A DNA stretch of 64,000 bases from a virus (IMGVR_UViG_3300035490_000050:64001-128000), one strand, 5' to 3'; shown: positions 37,591-47,027, counted from the stretch's first letter. The notes: generated by a model from the sequence alone, not told the origin. Numbers and translations: made by a program.

Positions 37591-37668
37591 GGGAACGTGG
37601 GCCAGCGGCGACGCCACCTGTCCTACAAACAGGTATTACCGGAAGTTCGAGTCTTCCCGTTCCCACCA
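37591..37668 (+). tRNA. tRNA-Val(TAC), C33 variant
   Basis: CCTGT-CCTACAA-ACAGG arm, CCA. Confidence 0.87.
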
Positions 37669-37744
37669 AGTTCGGAGTCCTACGGTTAGAAGCCGTGGGA
37701 GGTTACAACGAGCAGATGCAACACCTGCTACTCTGGGATGATTT

Positions 37745-37818
37745 GCCGATGTAGCTCAGTGATAGAGTGCCGCACTGGTATTGCGGTGACGAGGGTTTGA
37801 TTCCCTCCTTCGGCCCCA
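37745..37818 (+). tRNA. tRNA-Thr(GGT)
   Basis: Cloverleaf, CCA. Confidence 0.9.
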
Positions 37819-37819
37819 T

Positions 37820-37897
37820 GGCGGTCTAGCTCACATTGAGAAGAGCGCAGTCCTGATAAGACTGAGGCACCCAGTTCAATTCTGGGGACCGCCACCA
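37820..37897 (+). tRNA. tRNA-Ile(GAT)
   Basis: Cloverleaf, CCA. Confidence 0.92.
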
Positions 37898-37903
37898 TAG
37901 TTT

Positions 37904-37979
37904 GCGGGAGTAACTCAGCGGCTAGAGTGTCAGCCTTCCAAGCTGTTCGTCGAGGGTTCGAGTCCCTTCTCCCGCTCCA
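37904..37979 (+). tRNA. tRNA-Gly(TCC)
   Basis: Cloverleaf, U73, CCA. Confidence 0.93.
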
Positions 37980-38098
37980 TGCTTGACATCAATTCCTATG
38001 CTCTGTACTCTATTCCTAGTGCGAAGTGATCTCCATCGCCTAGCGCCCATTGACTAGCCTACTCCCATAGGCTTCTCTCCCTAAAGCGGGCCGGTCAA

Positions 38099-38458
38099 CC
38101 TTCCCGGTAAACGGCCCGCTGCTCTCACTTATCAAATCTCACTCTCGCATCAAGATATGCCTCAATAAACTTCCAACTCTTTTTCTTACAGTACACGCCT
38201 CGATTGTTCTCAACACTTATGAGTACGATACCCTCTTTCAAAACAACAAAGAACCACCAGCATCCAGAACTCCAAGCCTCAGACCTCGCCTTTTTCATTT
38301 CCTCGCTTACCGCTTCACAGTAAACCATATCCTCATCGGTAACAGGTTCATCTGAAAGCTCCTGATCGTTGTAGAGGACGAAACTCTTGCCGCTCGTCTC
38401 GGCCACGAATACGTCGCTCATGGTTTTACCCTTCCCGGTAAACGGCCCACTGCTCTCA
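38099..38458. repeat. 29-bp direct repeat (38099-38127, 38430-38458) bracketing one small ORF
   Basis: CCTTCCCGGTAAACGGCCC(G/A)CTGCTCTCA. Confidence 0.9.
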
Positions 38459-38700
38459 AGCATAAAGCAAATCTTCTGTCATCTCTCTAGTCTTCTTTAT
38501 GATTTCCTCTGCCTGATCCTTAGCGGATTCAGGAGTTTCGTAGACAGGTCCACTTTCGAGTAGCACTCGCGGCCTCGAACATCCTGACGGCGTTTTGTCG
38601 TCGAATACTACTGCAAGGCCATACTTCCCACCTATGGGACCATAAGAATCTCCATAGATTAGATTGTCTGGGTTGCGGATTATAAGAGCGGTCAGACGTG

Positions 38701-38985
38701 TCATTGAGCCTCCAGAAGTTTCCTGTATTTCTTTTCTTCCTCTGCGCCGTGGATTACCCGAATCGTTTTCATGCAATCCTCGTATCGACCAGGAGTTCCT
38801 TCCCATGTTTTGTCATCGTCTGCGCGTTGAACTTTCTCTTCCGATCCCTTCGGTCCAAGATCGTATTCGTCCACACAATACTTGACCGCTTCTTCTCTTG
38901 TGGCGTTGTACATAACGAAATGGTCTACGGGGTCGGAGAAAGCTGCATACTTACCGTTGGGGGTCTTGACTATCCTGTGGGCCAT
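38701..38985 (-). CDS. Hypothetical phage protein
   Basis: Coupled to the RNA ligase stop. Confidence 0.65.
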   Translation of the reverse strand: MAHRIVKTPNGKYAAFSDPVDHFVMYNATREEAVKYCVDEYDLGPKGSEEKVQRADDDKTWEGTPGRYEDCMKTIRVIHGAEEEKKYRKLLEAQ

Positions 38986-39953
38986 TACGACTTCTCCATA
39001 TAACTGTTGCCCACGAGCTTCAAGTGGACCCGTCCAAGGTGTTCATGTATGCGCTCAGGTAAAGGCCGTACTACGATTCCTTCGCGGATATGGTTTGCGC
39101 CAGGAATTAGGCTAGGACCGTCAGATAACTTTACAAGCATATTAAAGTCGAACGGACCACCAAAGACGACAGGAACTCGCTTCTCTTCGGATAAATGAGC
39201 GGTCCAGTCATCGTATTCTCTCCATTCCCCGTTATGAAGCACATCGAAAGCGCGGAAGAAAACATCGTTGGGTTTAGCTCCGTACTTGAGGCTCTGCACG
39301 TTTCCGAAGACTTCCCCATAGAGAATATCGCTAGGAAACTTACGGCAGAATTCCTCAATCCACGGATGCTTTTCTAGCGCTCTCCACCATAGATTCCCCT
39401 CGTTCTTTGCCTTCCACTCGCCACGGCTACCGCAGTACATCCGGTTCTCTTCTGGCGCATAGACGAACCTGCTATTGGCTCCGTGAATCTTCTCGGTCGC
39501 AACGACCGGCTCCCCTTCCACGAATAGACTCTTGTAGCGGTACATTGACTCTACGTCGTACTTTGGAGCGTAAAGGCCGATAGGACCACCTTCCACTTCA
39601 CCGCAGCGCTCTCCGGGGATTGGAGGCTCGTAGTGAGTTACTCCGTAGTATTCAGCAACGTCATCCCCTTCCTGTGCGCCTTCGGGCGCTGGCATAAGCA
39701 GCCCCATAGAAACTACGCCGCGCAACTTCTTGACCTTGATGCGCTCGTGCCCTACCAGAAAATCGAACTCAGGACGTGTCGAGTCCACAACAGAATCAGG
39801 TTGAATGTAAGCAGCCAATTGGCCGTCAACAAATGATCCTTTGAGGACGCAGCAAGTGAATCCGAATATACGGGCAACGTCAAGCCTTTCCGCGTTGCCG
39901 TGGGGTTCAATTTTCACTCGCACAACTTCTACCTTATGCGTCTGCTCTGCCAT
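38985..39953 (-). CDS. ATP-dependent RNA ligase (DRB0094/Rnl5-like)
   Basis: N-terminal OB-like HGNAERL..LRGVVSMGL; TEKIHGAN (motif I), LYGEVFG, FRAFDV, REGIVVR, LK. Confidence 0.9.
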   Translation of the reverse strand: MAEQTHKVEVVRVKIEPHGNAERLDVARIFGFTCCVLKGSFVDGQLAAYIQPDSVVDSTRPEFDFLVGHERIKVKKLRGVVSMGLLMPAPEGAQEGDDVAEYYGVTHYEPPIPGERCGEVEGGPIGLYAPKYDVESMYRYKSLFVEGEPVVATEKIHGANSRFVYAPEENRMYCGSRGEWKAKNEGNLWWRALEKHPWIEEFCRKFPSDILYGEVFGNVQSLKYGAKPNDVFFRAFDVLHNGEWREYDDWTAHLSEEKRVPVVFGGPFDFNMLVKLSDGPSLIPGANHIREGIVVRPLPERIHEHLGRVHLKLVGNSYMEKS

Positions 39954-40310
39954 TTTCCTCTCCCTTCAATCCTTCCACTCCATCTTTAAGTCCACGCCTA
40001 TATGCTTCTTCTATACGGTCGTTTATATCTTCAGTATCCACAGAGATATGATCTGGGTAATACCAAACAGAAATTCTTAAATCTCGTATTCTCTTTGTTC
40101 CTTCCGGATCAAAGTGCCCAGGACTCAGCTCCCCATTTGTACTGCGATGCACTTTCCCTCCTACTTTCTCCATATTCACTCCACACTCAGAACAAAATAT
40201 CTTATGCCATTCAGGTACTATCCTGTTCTTGTCGGATAACCATTTAGGAATTTTCAATGTCTTAGCCGTGTCTCCCAACGTCACATTAGATGTCGAAATA
40301 TTATTGTCGA

Positions 40311-41684
40311 TCATACTTCTCCCTTCAACAGCTTGGCATTGCGCTTCCTGGCCTCTCTACGTGCTTGCAGGGATGCGTTAGCGCAGGTTCGGCATTCAAG
40401 TATCTTCTTGCCGTCTCGGATGCGTGTGATGAGGTTCTTGCCGCTTTTCCGGTGGCCTCGTTTGCAAAATAATGATGACTTCTTTACCTCCTCCAAATTC
40501 CGGCGGGAACTTTCATAGTTTCAGGAAATTCTTTTGGCCCCAGGAGATTATACTGATCCTTGAAGAAGTTCTTTCCCTTTTGCCTTAGCCCTCTCGCAAC
40601 TATCCTGCCATTCTTAGTAGTGGACAAGACAGAGAACGCGTGTTGTCTGCCAACGCCGGGGGCGCTTGCCTTGTGTGCAAATCTCATTGCCTCAAATACG
40701 TTGTAGACCGTTTGGTGCAGGGGCAAATCCTCGTTTTGCCCCCTAAAACACAGCATCGAATTCGCTACTACGCTTCCGGTCCCGATTGTTAAGAAGTTCT
40801 CGTCGGGAATTATCAATCGCTCTTCCGGCATCGTTGAAAAATCGCCACTGACTTGGAACATAAGTGGTATGCCTGCGGCGAAAGAACAGAGGATCAGACT
40901 ACAATCGGCCTTGATTTTCCCGATATTCTTCCAGACTGTGCTCCATACCGAAGGATCAACTTTGTCCTTGTTATCCCGGAAATAATCAAACGTAAGGTTT
41001 GTATGCGCTCTGACATATTCCTTAGTGAACTTTTCCTTATGGGCCAGTAGAGCTTCCATGATCCGATCTCTGGCATTCTCTTCTGTGATTCCCTTGCGAT
41101 TAAAGCTAGTTCGGAAGGTAGCAATCATATCCAAAGCATCGGACGTAGTTCCCGCTATGAGAGTGGGCCATGCATTGGTCCAAAGCCAATAGAGCTTGTT
41201 TTGGATTTCTGCTCCGGTGTATTCACCAAGTTCGGTTTTCCAATCTGAGGCGAGCACGATACAGCGGTTATTGTGTTCGTCCATGCAAGTAGCGGCAATG
41301 CAAAGAGTCATTCTCTGCCTCCAAGGTTGTTCTTTGATGCGAACCTGCTCATTAGGCATCATTGGACACCCCCTCCGAACCCTTTGTCAAGTAGATAATC
41401 TTGATGCTTTGCATGTCGAGTGGGAACATTCTTCCTTCCGCGTCGCGGCATTTTGGACAGCATCCGTTGACTAGCTTTAGATCGTGCTCTTCGCAATAGG
41501 ATTCGTATTTCATACCTCTCCCTTCAAAAGTTTCGCGTTGCGCTTCCTAGCCTCTCGCCGTGCTTGCAGGGATGCGTTAGCGCAGGTTCGGCATTCAAGT
41601 ATCTTCTTGCCGTCTCGGATGCGTGTGATGAGGTTCTTGCCGCTTTTCCGGTGGCCTCGTTTGCAAAATAATGATGACTTCTTT
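40311..41684. repeat. About 175-bp direct repeat (40311-40485, 41510-41684) encoding a CKRGH..CRTC mini-protein
   Basis: Near-identical DNA; same peptide in ORFs 40311..40496 and 41510..41698. Confidence 0.95.
40484..41311 (-). CDS. Ntn-hydrolase / proteasome beta-like peptidase
   Basis: GGAGG RBS; M-T1-LCIAA..ASD..K..LIAG..TIGTGS..APGVG. Confidence 0.7.
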   Translation of the reverse strand: MTLCIAATCMDEHNNRCIVLASDWKTELGEYTGAEIQNKLYWLWTNAWPTLIAGTTSDALDMIATFRTSFNRKGITEENARDRIMEALLAHKEKFTKEYVRAHTNLTFDYFRDNKDKVDPSVWSTVWKNIGKIKADCSLILCSFAAGIPLMFQVSGDFSTMPEERLIIPDENFLTIGTGSVVANSMLCFRGQNEDLPLHQTVYNVFEAMRFAHKASAPGVGRQHAFSVLSTTKNGRIVARGLRQKGKNFFKDQYNLLGPKEFPETMKVPAGIWRR

Positions 41685-41698
41685 GGTTTCCTAAGCAT
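41510..41698 (-). CDS. Small Cys/His (CKRGH) DNA-binding-like protein
   Basis: Same motif as the C-terminus of the HNH protein at 14688. Confidence 0.65.
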   Translation of the reverse strand: MLRKPKKSSLFCKRGHRKSGKNLITRIRDGKKILECRTCANASLQARREARKRNAKLLKGEV

Positions 41699-42805
41699 GG
41701 AATAATTCTGCGCCTTGTCTGGAAAGTTGTCAAGCGGAAAAGTGCAGGAATTTACGCGGCGATCTCGTCAAAGTCGAAGCCGAGTTGGGATACACGGAAG
41801 CCTTCGTCAAGGATGAGCATATCGGGATCGTGGCGAGTAGGATGACCAAGGTCGAGATCGTACCACTCGACTATTGCCTTGCCGGAGCGGTCAAAGCCGA
41901 TAACGCACCCAGGATCGCCAGCTACCGCAATCTTTAGGTACACTCTATCGCCGAGATTGATCCTTGCGTCCATTGCAAGCAGTATGCAAGGATTTTTTGT
42001 AAATGTCAAGCATTTTAACGAAATGCTTACAGAAAAGTAAGGATTCTTACTGCTTGCATCCGCATTCCCGGCAGACTTTCAGGTGTTCTCGCCGCCTCTG
42101 TAGGAGCATCTGAGCGGTTCTTTCCCATTCCTCAGCGCACTGGGTGCCTTCGTTGCATGACTTGGCGATGCGGCGACAGGTGATTTCCTCTAGTTCGAGG
42201 TATTGGCAGTGATTACACTTCATGCTGGCCTCTTGCAACCATTCCATCCCATCCTGGACTCGTGATCTTGCCACGATGAGACAGGCGAGTGGCAGTTCAT
42301 GCAGTATTCCAGCGGCGGATAGCTGATGTGCTTTACTCGTGCCTCTCTGACCGCTAGAGGCTTGTGATAGGGGTCAACAGGCTTTGGCTTCTCCTTGCGC
42401 TCTGGGGGCGTCCTGGAGGCCGCAGGACGCGGTTTAGGCGGTGTACTGACCCAGCTTGTCAGTCCTAGTTTCTTGATTTGTTTCCTAACGCCTTCGGTAG
42501 AGCGTCCGATCTGGGTGCTGATGTACGGCGCAGAGAAGTGACCGGCGAGTTCCTTGAGTTGGTTGAGTTCAAAGTCAGACCACGGACTAAACTGATTTCC
42601 CATGACTAAAATAATCCCTTCGATTCCTTTGTGTCTGTATTTCCTGTCGGATTATGACAATCCTTGTGTCTAATTCTACCATCACTTCCGATCTGCCACT
42701 TATGCCTTTTGCGAATTGGCATACCGCATAGAGAACATATCCTTCGGTTCGCTGGCTGTACGCCAACGTGCATGGGGCGGCTGCAATATGGGCATAGATC
42801 GGGTG

Positions 42806-44530
42806 TCATTTGAGCATATCCTCTACCATTTGAATCCTTTTTCCTATCCACGCCACGCAAGGAACAGCGAAGCCGTTTCCGATCATTCGGTATCGCGGTC
42901 CATCTGATGACTTCTCCGTAATCTTTGTCCAACCGTCAGGTATGCCTTGTAACCGCTCACACTCTGTAGGAGTAAGACGGCGTACTTGCATCCCAGTGGA
43001 TATGCCATGCACATCAGTTACGTTTAAGGTAAATGAGCAGTCTTCTTTGATTGTACTTCCTTGCGAATTCTGTGAAGTCTTCCCCCCACCCTGTAACGCA
43101 AAGGCAACAGCGGGAGGATGATCTTGCGCCAAACTATCCGTTACTTCTTCGGAATGAATTGGACCTTGAGCAGATGTTTGATTCGTCCTAAACGCAATCG
43201 TTGGCGCATCCGAACCTTTGGCGAGTGTATGACATGGATCGCCTACTTGCGGATTGGAACGGTTTGTTTTGCTGGTTACTTGTGTCGTGTCAAAGGCAAG
43301 GATTTGTGTGCAAGGATCGGTATTTGATGTCAGTGCATCGGATTTATCTCCTTGAGGATCAACCTGTCCAGCCGCATTTGTACGATAGGCAAGATAAGTG
43401 GTCTGATGTGTTCCTGTTTCCGCTGAGAGCGATCCTGAAACCTCTCCTTCATCGCCTATTACTCTAACTTCATCTCTTGAGTTTTGAGTGAAGGCGACTG
43501 GAATAACATATCCAGAGTCTACCCCTTGATTACTTTGGAAGTTCCCTGCGTCGTGCCCGTTTGGTCCTGTATTGCAAGCCATAGTGCCGACTATATACGG
43601 TTGCTCATGTGTGGCGTTAAGAGCCAAGGCTTGATCTTCCGCAAAAGCAGCGTTAACCTGTCCATCGGTTGCATAAATAGGCTTGGATGTTAGTATGTGA
43701 TGATCCCCTTTGAATGCTTCCTGATCGCCTAACCCCCACTTATCTCCGTAGTTTGCACAGAGACACGGAAATGTATCCTTACCGCTTCCAGTTGGGCCTA
43801 CAGGAACAAATGCCCCTGCTCCGTCATGGTTCTGCCATCCTCGTTCTCCGCTTCCTCCTCCCAGAGTTCCAGCGACTTCAATGAGTCCTCCTCCGTTTCC
43901 ATCAGAGGGATCGGGCCAGCCACGCTCTCCAGAGCCACCTTTAAGGCATCCGGCAACGCCTTTCCCCGCTTCTCTGCGCGGCGCAGGATACCCTGACAGG
44001 CTTTGGCGCTCAAATAGTACCGCTGCGGCACGACGCCAGTCTCCAAGATATCCGACAACGAAGACCCTACGCCTTCGCTGTGGAACTCCGCAGTATTGAG
44101 CGTCAAGAATTCTGTAAGCGAACCCATACCCGAATTGCCCCAAGATTCGGAGAAAGGTTCCAAACGCTCGTCCTCCGTCAACCGACAGCACACCGGGAAC
44201 GTTCTCCCAGACCAACCATCTGGGCCTGAGTCTCTCAGCAACCCTAGCGAACTCGATTGTGAGTTGACCACGATCTCCGTCCATTCCTGCTCTGAGACCG
44301 GCGACTGAGAAATCTTGACAAGGTGTTCCTCCGACCAAAAGGTCGATTGTTCCGACATCTTCAACTCCGATCTTTGTAAAATCTCCCAAGTTAGGTACGT
44401 CTGGAAATCTTGCTTTAAGCACAGCGCAAGCAGAGGAATCTATTTCGCATACAGCCGCACACTCCCATCCTAGAGAAGTAAATGCTAACTCCGCACCACC
44501 TAATCCTGAGCAAACCGAAAGGTATCTCAT
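42806..44530 (-). CDS. dcm: C5-cytosine DNA methyltransferase with long repetitive variable region
   Basis: SVCSGLGG, GGTPCQDFS, WENVPG, PQRRRR, RRLTPTECERLQG, IGNG. Confidence 0.95.
   Translation of the reverse strand: MRYLSVCSGLGGAELAFTSLGWECAAVCEIDSSACAVLKARFPDVPNLGDFTKIGVEDVGTIDLLVGGTPCQDFSVAGLRAGMDGDRGQLTIEFARVAERLRPRWLVWENVPGVLSVDGGRAFGTFLRILGQFGYGFAYRILDAQYCGVPQRRRRVFVVGYLGDWRRAAAVLFERQSLSGYPAPRREAGKGVAGCLKGGSGERGWPDPSDGNGGGLIEVAGTLGGGSGERGWQNHDGAGAFVPVGPTGSGKDTFPCLCANYGDKWGLGDQEAFKGDHHILTSKPIYATDGQVNAAFAEDQALALNATHEQPYIVGTMACNTGPNGHDAGNFQSNQGVDSGYVIPVAFTQNSRDEVRVIGDEGEVSGSLSAETGTHQTTYLAYRTNAAGQVDPQGDKSDALTSNTDPCTQILAFDTTQVTSKTNRSNPQVGDPCHTLAKGSDAPTIAFRTNQTSAQGPIHSEEVTDSLAQDHPPAVAFALQGGGKTSQNSQGSTIKEDCSFTLNVTDVHGISTGMQVRRLTPTECERLQGIPDGWTKITEKSSDGPRYRMIGNGFAVPCVAWIGKRIQMVEDMLK
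43798..44358 (-). CDS. Out-of-frame overlapping MTase beta-type subunit
   Basis: SSLSDILETG..YYLSAKACQGILRRA..GK.LP..L..AL; GGAG RBS inside dcm. Confidence 0.75.
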   Translation of the reverse strand: MSEQSTFWSEEHLVKISQSPVSEQEWTEIVVNSQSSSLGLLRDSGPDGWSGRTFPVCCRLTEDERLEPFSESWGNSGMGSLTEFLTLNTAEFHSEGVGSSLSDILETGVVPQRYYLSAKACQGILRRAEKRGKALPDALKVALESVAGPIPLMETEEDSLKSLELWEEEAENEDGRTMTEQGHLFL

Positions 44531-44913
44531 GCAACCCCATAAAATCCGTGAGTTCTACTTCCACGAGCAGCGTTGCAAGTGGCGTGTGCAGCCGCAATGT
44601 TTTCCTGGCGGTCGTCTATAGACCCGGCTCCCATGCCACGGACTCGGATATGGTCTACTGTAGAGTCTGCCCAGTTTAAGTGAAGGTGGCAAATAGAGCA
44701 CAGTTTCCCTTGTTTTTCCCATGCGATGCGCTTACGCTGCTGGTAAAGATCACGGCCTTCCTTGCAATTCTGATTGATTTTCGTTCTCCCATCTCGGAAG
44801 GTATGCTCAACTTCAATCTCTTTTTTCACTTCACATGGCCTCGGAATTGCTAGAGGTATCCTCTCAACAGGAGGCTTAGGTGGTTTACGCTTGATGTAGC
44901 CGCCACGCTTCAT
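44527..44913 (-). CDS. HNH endonuclease
   Basis: CSICH..TVDHI..N..AHATCN. Confidence 0.8.
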   Translation of the reverse strand: MKRGGYIKRKPPKPPVERIPLAIPRPCEVKKEIEVEHTFRDGRTKINQNCKEGRDLYQQRKRIAWEKQGKLCSICHLHLNWADSTVDHIRVRGMGAGSIDDRQENIAAAHATCNAARGSRTHGFYGVA

Positions 44914-45520
44914 GTCACTCTCTCGGTTTCTTATCTCCATAAACGTAAGCCTGTGCCATCGCAACGGACTGAATAGCCGAATGGATAGATTGAAGAGCGT
45001 TTTCGTAGAAACATTTAGCGGAGATGTTATTGTGAATGAATTCTTCTCCATGTGCTTGCGCTGCTACTTGCGCGTGGGCGCGAAGGAGAAGACCTGTTAT
45101 GCTTTCATCGCTCATGCTCCAACTCCAAACTGGCTGTTGCTTGCAGCCTCTTCTTTCCTCAACTCTTCCGCGCAAGGAATACATAACGCGATACAGGTTT
45201 CAGGGTCGTAACTAGGTTTATCCATGCAATCAGGACAAACATCGTCACCACATTCTTTACACCACGCATAGGCGGTATATTCGACTGATTCCTTACCGCA
45301 CTTATCGCAAACGGAATGAAACATCACTGTGCTCATGCTTGCCTTTCTCTAAATCCCCACGGAGGGCGTCTGTCGAACATAGGTTCGTTGTGAGGTGTAG
45401 GAGGATCAACTGTAATCTCCTTAACCTCAAATAGTTTTGCGCAGGAACCGCAGACGTAGAACTGTTCATCATGCTCATCACTCTTACGTTTACGGCGTAT
45501 GACATTATGCGGACAGTTTC

Positions 45521-45826
45521 TCATTCCACTACCTCTTCCTCATCCTCTTGATACTGTTCTTCGTCTCTCAATCTTTCCATCTCCCAATACTCCTGCCGCC
45601 TACGTTCGGCTCTGGCTTCTTCCTGACGGCGTTCCTCGCGTTCCTGTTCTTCTTTTTCCTCGCGGCGGCGCTCCTCTTCGCGTTCGGCTTGCCTATAGCC
45701 GTCCATGTAATCCCCATCAGGCGTATAGGATGATGCGTAACGATCACGGTTATAATCCCTATGCCCGCGTCTTTCAAAGTCACGTTGACCTTGAGCATAA
45801 TCTGAACCCCATCCATATCTGCTCAT
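45521..45826 (-). CDS. Glu/Arg-rich protein
   Basis: GGAGG RBS; charged helix. Confidence 0.65.
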   Translation of the reverse strand: MSRYGWGSDYAQGQRDFERRGHRDYNRDRYASSYTPDGDYMDGYRQAEREEERRREEKEEQEREERRQEEARAERRRQEYWEMERLRDEEQYQEDEEEVVE

Positions 45827-46275
45827 GCTACTACCTCCATTTCTTGCACCACAAGACGCTCCGGCGCTACGCCCTTCTTCCATCCCTTGTGCGGCCCACG
45901 TCGCCGCTGGACCATAATCCTGATGCGCTCAAGCAAATCAGCCATTGATGGTTTATGCATCACTGCATCGGCTAAACATCCTGTCACATCTGCTCCTTTA
46001 TCGTATAGGACTACTGTCGGCATCCTATCGTCAATAGCCTTTGCATGGCTTAGGAGCGATTCCAGGGACGCGACAGGACACTGACAGAGCATCAAGTCGT
46101 ATTGGTTCCTCCTGAGCCATCCTAGCGCCTCTTGTGCTGTGTTTGCTGAGGTAACAGTATAGACGCGCCCTTTCTTATCCAGCGGCTCTGGCTGTGAATT
46201 GGACAGGACATAGCGGAGAGGACCGAGTGTGTCGTCGTTCTCACCTACGAGCAAAATCGTTCGTGCTGGGCGCAT
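45823..46275 (-). CDS. Degenerate response-regulator receiver protein
   Basis: ILLVGEND..EALGWL..YDLMLCQ..LLERIR..RRRGPHKG. Confidence 0.75.
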   Translation of the reverse strand: MRPARTILLVGENDDTLGPLRYVLSNSQPEPLDKKGRVYTVTSANTAQEALGWLRRNQYDLMLCQCPVASLESLLSHAKAIDDRMPTVVLYDKGADVTGCLADAVMHKPSMADLLERIRIMVQRRRGPHKGWKKGVAPERLVVQEMEVVA

Positions 46276-46277
46276 CT

Positions 46278-47027
46278 TTACTCCCCTGGAAACTCGCGGA
46301 TTAGTAATTCGGCTGGGATTAACCTTGCACCTTCTTCTGGAGTTCGTGCCCCGAACTGCTTCATGAAAAACTTCGTTCCACGCTCTGCACATTCCTTTTG
46401 AATGTTTTCAACCCAATATTTCTCCATGGGTCTACGATTTGCACCGCTTTCCGCACCACAAATCAACCAATCAAGTTGCCAGTTTGGACGAGTGCTTAAA
46501 GTTAGGGGTCCAAGAGCAGGTTCGTAGCTGATAAATGCAACCGTCCCGCGATCAATACTCGCGTCAATTAAATGATCGGCACGAATCTCGAAATTCTTTT
46601 GGTTCTCAGCACTCATGCCAAGCCACACATTACAATACTTGAACTCTTTCGGCAGGTAGCGCATGTACCGCTGTGGTCGCTTGGTTAGCAGTTGCCAAAT
46701 AAGATTAGGAGTGTTGTCAATCAACTCCCATAACCTTTCCCGCTGACCAGCAGGAGCTTCGTCGTCCATCACATCGGCCATCGATGCACAGAATACTTTA
46801 TGCTTGACTCCTTCCTTTTCGGCGTTAGCGTTCCACCGCAAAGGTTGCCTCCAATACGCATCACTCATTACCTTACGGGATACGCCCTTTCCCCAGTGCG
46901 GATCGCCGCCCCAACGTGCGTCAAGGACACGGGCATAGCAATTGTCGCAGCCAGGAGATACCTCAGTACAACCATGCCACGGATTCATCGTGTGCGTCGT
47001 CCAACTTATACCAGTTTTTTCACCCAT
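46278..47027 (-). CDS. Phage Gp37/Gp68 (DUF5131) protein
   Basis: GCTEVSPGCDNCYA, LLTKRP, SYEP, GAESG, FMKQ. Confidence 0.92.
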   Translation of the reverse strand: MGEKTGISWTTHTMNPWHGCTEVSPGCDNCYARVLDARWGGDPHWGKGVSRKVMSDAYWRQPLRWNANAEKEGVKHKVFCASMADVMDDEAPAGQRERLWELIDNTPNLIWQLLTKRPQRYMRYLPKEFKYCNVWLGMSAENQKNFEIRADHLIDASIDRGTVAFISYEPALGPLTLSTRPNWQLDWLICGAESGANRRPMEKYWVENIQKECAERGTKFFMKQFGARTPEEGARLIPAELLIREFPGE

